A stretch of DNA of 64,000 nt from Gemmatales bacterium (GTDB lineage: Bacteria; Planctomycetota; Planctomycetia; Gemmatales; HRBIN36). Each line of letters begins with the position of its first letter. Position 1 is the first letter of the stretch. The notes below the pieces were generated by a model. It did not search any database. It was not told the DNA's origin and was given only the letters and a program-made list of their open reading frames with translations. Made by a program: the position numbers and the translations under genes. Where the stretch lies: NCBI GenBank assembly GCA_041640595.1, contig JBEPZY010000001.1, positions 288,001-352,000 on the forward strand. The letters run 5' to 3'. Below, piece after piece: positions 36,634 through 45,115 of the stretch.

Positions 36634-39223
36634 ACTTCAAGTCGGCGATATACCACACGCGCACCGTCTTATCAGCACTCCCCGACACGAAACTGCGGCC
36701 GTCCGGCGTCACCGTTACGCTGGTGACCCGATCTTGGTGGCCAGAGAACCGCCGCACTTCTTTCCCCCTCGCCAAGTCCCACAAACGCACCGTTTTGTCC
36801 TCGCTTCCCGAAACGATGTATTTGCCATCGGGCGTCACCGCGACGCTACTGACCCCGCTCTCGTGCCCCGTGAACCGCCGCACTTCTTCCCCCGTCGCAA
36901 GCTGCCACAAACGCACCGTTTTGTCCTCGCTTCCCGAAACGATGTATTTGCCATCGGGCGTCACCGCGACGCTACTGACCCCGCTCTCGTGCCCCGTGAA
37001 CCGCCGCACTTCTTTCCCCGTCGCCAGGTCCCACAAACGCACCGTTTTGTCCCAGCTTCCCGAAACGACGTATTTGCCATCGGGCGTCACCGCGACGCTA
37101 CTGACCCCGCTCTCGTGCCCCGTGAACCGCCGCACCTCTTGCTCCGTCAACAACAGCGCCCACAAACGCCACAAACGCACGGTTTTGTCGCCGCTTCCCG
37201 AAACGACGCATTTGCCATCGGGCGTCACGGCGACACTCCAGACCGAACCCGCGTGCCCCGTGAACCGCTGCACTTCTTTCCCCGTCGCCAGGTCCCACAA
37301 ACGCACGGTCTGATCCGTGCTTCCCGAAACGACGTATTTGCCATCGGGCGTCACGGCGACGCTCAAGACCGGATTCTGGTGCCCCGTGAAACTGCGGACT
37401 TCCTCGGCACTGGCCAGGTCCCAGACGCGCAGCGTCATGTCCGAACTCCCTGACACTGCATGGCGTCCATCAGGGGTTACCGCAACGCAATTTACGGCGC
37501 GTTCGTGTCCGATCAGTCGCGTGCCTCGAGACTCTTGTAGCGCTAACCACAATAGCCTCTCTGCGTCGGCTAGCCTTCTTTCTGATTCAAGCAGCCTTCT
37601 CTGCATTAGAACCAGCCTTGTCTCTGTTTCATCTAACCTTCGCAGGAGATCGTGAGAAATCTGCTCTGCTTGTAGACGTAATTTGCGGGTAGATTCTAAT
37701 TCCTTAGCCAAGGACAGAACGCGTTCTCTTTCTGCTGCTAGCTGCTTTCGTGTTTCAGCTAATTCAAGAGCTAATTCCCGGCTAGCTTCTAATTCCTTCA
37801 CCAAAGACAGAACGCGTTCTTTCTCTGCCGCTAGCTGCTTTGTGATTTCAGCCGATTCGCGCTCCAATCGAAGAAGACGTTGTTCAGTGTCCCGTCGGTC
37901 CTCCTCCGTCTGCTTCAATTTCTCGTCCAAAGAGTCCAGGGCCGATGCCAGGTCGCGATTGGTCTGAGACAGCTGATGGTTCCTGGTGGCCAGCAGCAGG
38001 GAGAAAGCAACGGTCAAAGTCAGCACGAGAATCATTGACACTGCAGCGGCACCGGCCAGCCTCCCTTGCCGCCGCAACCATCGCGCCAACCGCTGCCCCA
38101 GCGGCTCACGATAAACCGCCACCGGCTCATCCGCCAGCCAGCGTTTTACATCCGCTGCCAGCTGCTCAGCGGTGGCATAGCGCGCCTGCGGGTCGTCCGC
38201 CATCGCCTTGCGGCAAATCGCTTGCAGTGCCGCCGGTATCCACGGCTTCAGCTGCCGCGGTGGTTTAGCCGGCCGGCCCAGACAAAATGGAGGCTGTCCG
38301 GTTAGCAGGTGATACAGTGTCGCTCCCAGGAGAAACACATCGGTACGCTCGTCGGCCGGCTTACCATCCACCTGCTCCGGAGCCATGTAGGCTTCCGTGC
38401 CCAGTTTTGCTCCGAGTCGGGTGTGGTGATCGTCCGCACCGTCGGGCGGCTTGGCCGAATCCGGAAAACCAGCGTCGCCGTCCACCAATTTCCGCCGTGC
38501 TAATCCCCAATCGAGCACAATGGTCTCGCCGAACCGGCCCAGGATGATGTTGTTCGGTTTCAGGTCGCGATGGATGATGCCCCTGCTGTGGGCATACGCC
38601 ACCGTCTGGCACACCGCCACAAACCGCTGCAACAGTTCACGAAATTGCAGTTGCACTTTCGTCCGGCGGAAGTCGCGGACACTCTGGCAGCTTTCGTGCC
38701 AGGCGTGGATGGCCTGGTCGAACCTTTCACCTTCGACATACCGCATCACGTAGTAGAGCCGGCCATCCTGCTGCCCGCGCATCAACACCGGCACCACGCC
38801 GGGATGTTCCAGCAACGCGGTGATTTCCGCTTCCCGCTGGAAACGGGCTGGCAGAGTGGGTGTACGGGCAAACTTGATGGCCACCTTGCGATTGAGGACC
38901 AGGTCGTCGGCCAGGTACACCACTCCCATGCCGCCTTTGCCGATTTTTTTCACGGTGCGATACTGAGCCACCTGCATAACCTTTTCCGGCGGCGGCACCT
39001 CAGGCGGAGGCTCTCTCCCAGCTCCCGGCGGTTGCAGGGAATCTTCCTCGAGCGACGTAAGGGTGTCTTCTTTTTCGGAAGGCGTGGCGGCCTGGCGTGA
39101 CGCCTCCGACTGCTCATTAGGTGGGTTTCCCCCTGCTAACTTTTGCGACTCCGCAGGTGGCTGCGTGGATTGCTGGTCCTGGGGCCTGTGAAACTCACCC
39201 TGGGCTCCCGGTTGCGTAGCCAT
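36632..39223 (-). CDS. Ser/Thr protein kinase - TM - coiled coil - 7 WD40 repeats
   Basis: GKGGMG, VAIK, HRDLKPNN, DWG, YMAPE; GH...VAVTPDG...SGS.D.TVR.W x7. Confidence 0.93.
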   Translation of the reverse strand: MATQPGAQGEFHRPQDQQSTQPPAESQKLAGGNPPNEQSEASRQAATPSEKEDTLTSLEEDSLQPPGAGREPPPEVPPPEKVMQVAQYRTVKKIGKGGMGVVYLADDLVLNRKVAIKFARTPTLPARFQREAEITALLEHPGVVPVLMRGQQDGRLYYVMRYVEGERFDQAIHAWHESCQSVRDFRRTKVQLQFRELLQRFVAVCQTVAYAHSRGIIHRDLKPNNIILGRFGETIVLDWGLARRKLVDGDAGFPDSAKPPDGADDHHTRLGAKLGTEAYMAPEQVDGKPADERTDVFLLGATLYHLLTGQPPFCLGRPAKPPRQLKPWIPAALQAICRKAMADDPQARYATAEQLAADVKRWLADEPVAVYREPLGQRLARWLRRQGRLAGAAAVSMILVLTLTVAFSLLLATRNHQLSQTNRDLASALDSLDEKLKQTEEDRRDTEQRLLRLERESAEITKQLAAEKERVLSLVKELEASRELALELAETRKQLAAERERVLSLAKELESTRKLRLQAEQISHDLLRRLDETETRLVLMQRRLLESERRLADAERLLWLALQESRGTRLIGHERAVNCVAVTPDGRHAVSGSSDMTLRVWDLASAEEVRSFTGHQNPVLSVAVTPDGKYVVSGSTDQTVRLWDLATGKEVQRFTGHAGSVWSVAVTPDGKCVVSGSGDKTVRLWRLWALLLTEQEVRRFTGHESGVSSVAVTPDGKYVVSGSWDKTVRLWDLATGKEVRRFTGHESGVSSVAVTPDGKYIVSGSEDKTVRLWQLATGEEVRRFTGHESGVSSVAVTPDGKYIVSGSEDKTVRLWDLARGKEVRRFSGHQDRVTSVTVTPDGRSFVSGSADKTVRVWYIADLK

Positions 39224-39325
39224 GGTTCAGCCTCCGATGGAGATAACCTCGGCTGATGACCCGTCGCCTGCTACGTTTCGACTGGATTTTTATATACGGG
39301 CCGCCCTTCGGTGCCAGCCTATTGT

Positions 39326-39650
39326 CCACGGTGGGCTGACGCCCACCGCTCCTGGTTGTGTGTTCGCCAGTTGCCGAACAGCCCTTGATTTTCACCGCGC
39401 CGGGACGGTTTCACACACCACGGTGGGCTGACGCCCGCCGCTCCTGGTTGTGTGTTCGCCAGTCGCCGAACGGCCCTTGATTTTCACCGCGCCGGGACGG
39501 TTTCACACACCACGGTGGGTTGACGCCCGCCGCTCCTGGTTGTGTGTTCGCCAGTCGCCGAACGGCCCTTGATTTTCACCGCGCCGGGACGGTTTCACAC
39601 ACCACGGTGGGCTGACGCCCACCGCTCCTGGTTGTGTGTTCGCCAGTCGC
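39326..39650. repeat. 92-bp tandem repeat x3.5 with REP-like hairpin
   Basis: Units at 39326, 39418, 39510, 39602; GGTGGGC-TGAC-GCCCRCC palindrome. Confidence 0.92.
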
Positions 39651-39787
39651 AATTTGCAATCTGACGTTCACACCTGTGGCACTTAGCACAACTGGTCCAG
39701 ATCGAGTCCAGCGTTGCGTAGGACCGATTACAAATTGCCCAGGCACATTGCACTACGACGGCGGGCGGGACCAAAGACAATAACCCC

Positions 39788-40692
39788 ATGGTGCACGACG
39801 TTACAGGACAGCAATGGCCGCTCATCCACGTAGCGAGTAGTAAATGGCGAGTAGAAAGGTAGCCAACTAATCTTTCCGCCACCCAATACCCGTGGCCGAC
39901 CACACGCCGACGACCGCAAAACCCTCAATGGCATCCTCTAGGTGCTCCGTACCGGTTGTGCTTGGGAGGATATGCCCCGCTGTTATGGCAGTCCCATCAC
40001 CTGCTGGCGACGGCTGCGGAAGTGGCAAGAAGAAGGGGTCTGGGAAGGGATTGAGCGGGTGTTGTTAGCGAGCCTGGACGAACAGGGCAGGTTGGCCTGG
40101 CAACGGGCCTTTCTGGACGGCACGTTTGTGGCGGCAAAAAGGGGCGAAGCCGTGGGGCAGGTCAAGCGTGGCCAGGGCAGCAAGGTGATGGTGCTGGTGG
40201 ATGGTCAGGGATTGCTGTTGGGGACTATGGGGGCCAGTGCTCAGGAGGCAGAGGTGCATCTGACGGAAGCTACAGTGGAAACGGTTCGGATATAGCAGCA
40301 GCGCCGGCGCCTGTCTAAGCGAGCACGCGAGTTAATGTAGAAACCTTAGAACTGCGAGTTCGACACTTAGATTCATGCTCAGAAGCGGGTGCGGCAGTTG
40401 GTGGCGGACCGGGCATACGACAGCGATAGGTTGCGGGTTTGGCTTCGTCGGTGAGGGATTCGGCCCTGCATTCCGCGACGGTGAAATCGTCGTCAGTGGG
40501 GACGCTCGCCGGTGTTATCGGGGTATCGGGAGCGGTGGGTAGTGGAGCAACCGTGGTGGCGTTGGCGAAAGATCCGTGGTTGGTGGTATGTTAGGAGAAC
40601 TGGTGGTGCGTTATGAGCGGAAGGTGGAAATGTACCGTGCCTTTGTGCTCATAGCCTTCATTCTCATCTGCCTATGCGCATTTTTGAAATAG
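39788..40692 (+). pseudogene. IS5-family transposase pseudogene
   Basis: DDRKTLNGIL*VLRTGCAW, TCWRRLRKW, DGTFVAAK, ADRAYDSD, VRYER; several stops. Confidence 0.85.
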
Positions 40693-40696
40693 GTTT

Positions 40697-41960
40697 GCTC
40701 TGTCGAAAACATCTTGGCGCGTGGGGCAGGAAGAGTTGGGATGCTCGGTCGTCGGACACGACCACGACAGCTCCCGATGGAACCGCCACGAAGTGGGATT
40801 AGCTACGATGCTCGGTCATAGATGGACCAATCATTGTCGGTCTTTGTTGCAACGGGTCCTCCTGCCCCTTTCGGGGGCACCCAGTCATGGAAGGACCAAT
40901 CATTGTCGGTCTTTGCTGTAACGTCCACACTCATTAGCTAAAATGCTCACCATGGAAGGAACCCATTTGCTCTTGGCTGTAACCAGGATACAACCGGATG
41001 CGGAGAAAATTGCGTCGGACGCAATGACGCATTTGCTCTAAGCTGTAACCAGGATCTAGCTTGATAGCTTCATACGGATCCTTGACTTCCGGCGACGCAT
41101 TTGCTCTAGGCTGTAACTAGGATACACCGCGTCCCTGGCGTGTGATTGTCGAAATGACAAGACGCATTTGCTCTAAGCTGTAATTAGGATGGCCCTGGAA
41201 TTAGCCCAGCAGGTGTTGCCCCCGTATTCGCACCCCAAAAGCCCACACCAATTCACCCAGCCGCAGTTGCTGGCCTGCTTGATTGTGAAAGCCTACCTGC
41301 GACAGAGCTATCGGGGCATCGTCGAACTGTTGGCCCTGTCGGATGGTCTGCGGCGGGTGCGTCCGCAGCCGTTGGTGGCCGACGCGGGCTATGGTGCGGA
41401 ATGCGTGCACGAGTTTTGTCGAGAGCGGTGGCGGGTGAACAGTTGGATACCGTGGCAGCGTCTGGACGGAAAGGGTAAGTGCAATCACCGCCTGCGGCTT
41501 CGGCCAACCAGGCACCCCGCTGGCAGTGTCTGGTCGGAATGGCCAAGTGCAATCACACCGTTGGAGGGCGTGGTCAATGACCCATGTTCCGAGCTGGCAG
41601 CGTCTGACCGAAAAGGGCAAGTGCGAGGCCGCTGGCGTTCCCAGATGGGAGATGCCCAAGGTGTACCGTCAGCGTTGGCACGTGGAATCGTTCCTAAGTG
41701 AGCTGAAGCGAACCACCGGCTCGCAATTGACGGCGCGGCGGTAATGTTAAGCTTGGCAACCAGGCGCTACACTGTCAGCCACAGTTGGGGGCGCGGCGGG
41801 GAAAAAACTGTAGGAGGATGGTCATGTGCAGCGCCGGTGCTATACTGTCAGCCACAGCTGAGGAGGTGGCGGGAGTGGACGTTGAACAATGAAGTGGCAT
41901 TGCGGGTGGCGGCCTACGCCGTTAGTTTGCGCCCACACGCAACTATGTTTTCGACAGAGC
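40697..41960 (+). mobile_element. Decayed IS, copy B, with both terminal inverted repeats
   Basis: Perfect 15-bp IR GCTCTGTCGAAAACA / TGTTTTCGACAGAGC; YSHPKSPHQFTQPQLLACL, ADAGY, QRWHVES; central deletion and several inserts. Confidence 0.88.
40815..41190. CRISPR. CRISPR-like repeat-spacer array at the transposase start of IS copy B
   Basis: 30-bp GACGCATTTGCTCTAAGCTGTAACCAGGAT-type repeats at 40960, 41026, 41094, 41161 (spacers 36, 38, 37 bp) plus a 39-bp pair at 40815/40884. Confidence 0.65.
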
Positions 41961-42030
41961 AAAGCTTGTTCTCTCAAGGAGAGGCGCATATAAAAGGGCC
42001 AAAAGGTAACAACAGAAGAAAGGTGTTCCT

Positions 42031-43053
42031 ATGCGCTCAGAGTCGCCCTTTCGGACCAAGTCTCTTCGGTTACTGGGGCTGGGGATTCTGGTTGCAGTTA
42101 TTGACTGTCTTCTGCTCGTGAGCGCCCTCCGTGAAAGGCATTTCGCTGGCATTGTCCTGGCGCTGCTGGCCAGTCTGGCTGCTGTCGGCCTGGTATGGCT
42201 GCTTTGGAGAGAAACGCGTGCAGGACTGGTTCAGCGTGCAACTTCCGAAAGCAGAGAGAGCCAGAAGACAACTCCAGGTGCCGAAGTATCTTCTCCCTCC
42301 TTGACGTCTGCAGAAGGTCCGGTCCCAGGTCTGGCAAATACTCCGTCTGTCCCCACGGAGCCCGAAGGCTTCGTCGCCGTTCGCACTGCACAAGCTGAAA
42401 GCCCTGCAAGCACTTCCGTTCCTTCCAGGGAACAACCTGAAGCGTATGCCGATCAGCCGAGTCCTGGGGCGGAAAAAGCCTTGCCCACAATCCAACCCGG
42501 TATTCCCCCACTGACGGCCGACCCGCTGGACAATCGCCCCTGGGTAAAACTGGTTGAGGAAGTGGTCGAGCTGTTCGACGAAATAGAAAGCATACACCCG
42601 CGCCTGCATCCCCCGGCACAGGAACTGGCCAAGCACCTGAAAGATAGGCTGGTGGAAATTCTGGAGCGTAATCAGGTAGAAATTCTCCACAAAGGGGAGA
42701 TCGGCGTGCGCTTCAACAGAGCGCGCCACCAGCCAGCGATGCCTCCTGCGGATGCCGAACTCGCCGTGGTTGCGGAGGTGCTGAGTCCGGGCTTCGTTGT
42801 AGGTCGGCGTGTGTTGCGCCGGGCACACGTGCGTCTGGCTTCGGCAGGGGATCTTGAGGCTCCTGTCAAGAGCCAATCATCTCTTGCACCTCCTTCTCAG
42901 CCGGGAACCCGATTTTCTCAGAGTACCTCCGCCGCATCTGGAGGAGGTGCGTTGGAAGGCCAGCCGGTTCCTCCACTTGACCCTGGCAGAGAGCCGCTGT
43001 CACCGAATCCGGAACGAAGTCGTTTTGAGGAGAGGGAACCAAACCCACAATAA
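42031..43053 (+). CDS. Membrane-anchored GrpE-like protein
   Basis: Two TM segments, Pro/Ser linker, then FNRARHQ...EVLSPGF..GRRVLRRAHV resembling the GrpE head. Confidence 0.7.
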   Translation: MRSESPFRTKSLRLLGLGILVAVIDCLLLVSALRERHFAGIVLALLASLAAVGLVWLLWRETRAGLVQRATSESRESQKTTPGAEVSSPSLTSAEGPVPGLANTPSVPTEPEGFVAVRTAQAESPASTSVPSREQPEAYADQPSPGAEKALPTIQPGIPPLTADPLDNRPWVKLVEEVVELFDEIESIHPRLHPPAQELAKHLKDRLVEILERNQVEILHKGEIGVRFNRARHQPAMPPADAELAVVAEVLSPGFVVGRRVLRRAHVRLASAGDLEAPVKSQSSLAPPSQPGTRFSQSTSAASGGGALEGQPVPPLDPGREPLSPNPERSRFEEREPNPQ

Positions 43054-43070
43054 AACACAAGGAGAACATC

Positions 43071-45008
43071 ATGGCCGCTACTGCTGACCTGCTTGCTCAG
43101 ACGGAACGATTGCGTCGTCAGACTCTGGACCTTTTGAGCCAGATGGAGGAACACGGGCAGCGATTGGGACTGCCGCCCTTTCCCGATGTGTTGCAGATGT
43201 GTCGGGAGAAACTGCAAGAAAATATCTATCGCGTCCTGGTTGTTGGCGAGGCCAAGCGCGGCAAAAGTTCCTTCATCAACGCGTTGCTAGGCCGGGACCT
43301 GCTGCCCGTTGATGTGGATGTGGCCACGTGTCAGGTCTTTCGCATTCGCCGGGCAGCACAAGAGGCATACCGCCTGCGATTTGAAGACGACTCGGAGCAA
43401 GTCATCCGTGCCGAAGACCTGCCCCGTTATGGTTCCCAGGTGCTGGCTGACCTAAATGAAATCCCGCGTCTGGATCAGATCATTCGCTGGATTGAGGTGG
43501 ATGTACCTGCGCCATTTCTGCCGCCCAATTTATGGTTGCTGGATACTCCGGGACTGGGCTCGCTGTATGCGTTTCATGCGCGGATCACTTATCGTTTTGT
43601 CCCGGAGTGTGATGGGGTTGTGTATGTGCTCGATTCGCAGGCACCGATCAGCCAGCCAGAGTTGCAGTTTATCGAGGACCTGCTGAAGGTGACGAATCAT
43701 CTGTTTTTCATCCAGACCAAGATAGACCTTTTCGATCAGGATACCTGGCAAAAGATACTGCAGCGCAACGAGGATATTCTGCGACAGCGATTTGGCGACC
43801 AATTGGGCCAGGTGCGCGTGTGGCCGGTTTCTAACCAGTTGTTACGTAAGGCCTCGGAAACTCAGGATGAAGATTATCTTGAGGCCAGCAAATATAAAGA
43901 ACTGTCAGAAGCCTTGCAGTTGTTCTTGTACCGCATCGCCGGTCTGGTCAAGACCAGGGCGACCGCTGCTTTAGGGATAGAGCATCACCGTTCCTGCCAG
44001 CAGGTGTTGCAGCAGCGCCTGGATAACCTGAAGATGGAGTCCAAAGAGAAACAGAAGGAGTTGCACCAGCAGTTGCGCAAACTTCGGGAGCAGATGGAGA
44101 CCGACTGCGGGCCGCATGGCCAGAAGCGTCGTGAATTTCTGGAAAAGGTTCAGCAAGTCTGCAACGCAGGTCGGCAACACATTCATCAAGAATTGCAAAA
44201 AATACTCTCCGATTACCAGCGTAAAGTAGAGCAATTACCTCTGGAGGAAGTCGAAAAAGAGGGATCCACTATCTTCAATGAGATGGTAACGGAAGTCAGT
44301 GATCTTTGGAAACGCACAGTGAGCGACACTCAGCAAAAGCTAGCTCAGCATCTAGGAGAGTTCATCGTTTCCTTGCCTGCGGGGCCCGTACTTTCCACGG
44401 TTGATTCAGCATCTCCTCCAGTGAGGGACACTAATAAGTTTAGTGAGATAATGAGTGATGTCGGTAAAGTGATGAAAGGAGCAGGCATGGGTGCACTAGT
44501 CGGCGCGGCAGCTTTTCTGGGTGCCAATGTGATTCTTGCCACCGGTTTCTTCGCCACTATAGGTGCCTTGATATCAGGACTGCTGGGCATCAAATCTGCT
44601 GCTGCATTTGGGAGTATAGTTGGCGGCCTTGGTAGCCTTTGGAACTTGTTCAAAGGCAAGAAAGCCAAACTCGAAGCGGCAAAACAAGAATTACGAGCAC
44701 GCTTGGACAGGGCATGGAATCAGATTCATTACCATTATCTCGGCCCATCTGGGGCGGTAGAGCAATCTTTCGAGATGTTAAAAAACCAGGCGGAGGAGCA
44801 GATTGATAAACTGGTGCAACAAGAATTGCAGCAGAGAGAGGCTGAGATTCAGCGGTTGGAAAAGGATGCGCAGCTGCAGGAGCGGGCTCGCAGGGAAAGG
44901 GTCCAGGAAGTGCGCCAGCAACTGGCCGATTGGGATAAATTGGGTCAAGAGTTGCAGAATGTCCAGAACGAACTGCACGGACTGGAAAAGATACTGGCCG
45001 CTGCTTGA
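43071..45008 (+). CDS. Bacterial dynamin-like GTPase with membrane paddle
   Basis: GEAKRGKSS, DTPG, TKID; Gly-rich hydrophobic segment and coiled coils. Confidence 0.88.
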   Translation: MAATADLLAQTERLRRQTLDLLSQMEEHGQRLGLPPFPDVLQMCREKLQENIYRVLVVGEAKRGKSSFINALLGRDLLPVDVDVATCQVFRIRRAAQEAYRLRFEDDSEQVIRAEDLPRYGSQVLADLNEIPRLDQIIRWIEVDVPAPFLPPNLWLLDTPGLGSLYAFHARITYRFVPECDGVVYVLDSQAPISQPELQFIEDLLKVTNHLFFIQTKIDLFDQDTWQKILQRNEDILRQRFGDQLGQVRVWPVSNQLLRKASETQDEDYLEASKYKELSEALQLFLYRIAGLVKTRATAALGIEHHRSCQQVLQQRLDNLKMESKEKQKELHQQLRKLREQMETDCGPHGQKRREFLEKVQQVCNAGRQHIHQELQKILSDYQRKVEQLPLEEVEKEGSTIFNEMVTEVSDLWKRTVSDTQQKLAQHLGEFIVSLPAGPVLSTVDSASPPVRDTNKFSEIMSDVGKVMKGAGMGALVGAAAFLGANVILATGFFATIGALISGLLGIKSAAAFGSIVGGLGSLWNLFKGKKAKLEAAKQELRARLDRAWNQIHYHYLGPSGAVEQSFEMLKNQAEEQIDKLVQQELQQREAEIQRLEKDAQLQERARRERVQEVRQQLADWDKLGQELQNVQNELHGLEKILAAA

Positions 45009-45115
45009 AAGGCCCGTGAGATGAAAAACACCCGGTCTCAAAGGAAAAGACCGCGAAAGTAGGACCGTCTTCAGGGCAAAAGAGCGAAGCCTGGTTTCCA
45101 AAGAGGGCTGAGACC

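Noticed and set aside
36630..36640. Programmed frameshift fusing kinase-WD40 to TPR
   Set aside because: No slippery sequence or stimulator evident, and the TPR array has an internal stop.
35029..37453. Long plus-strand ORFs
   Set aside because: Antisense shadows of the TPR and WD40 repeats.
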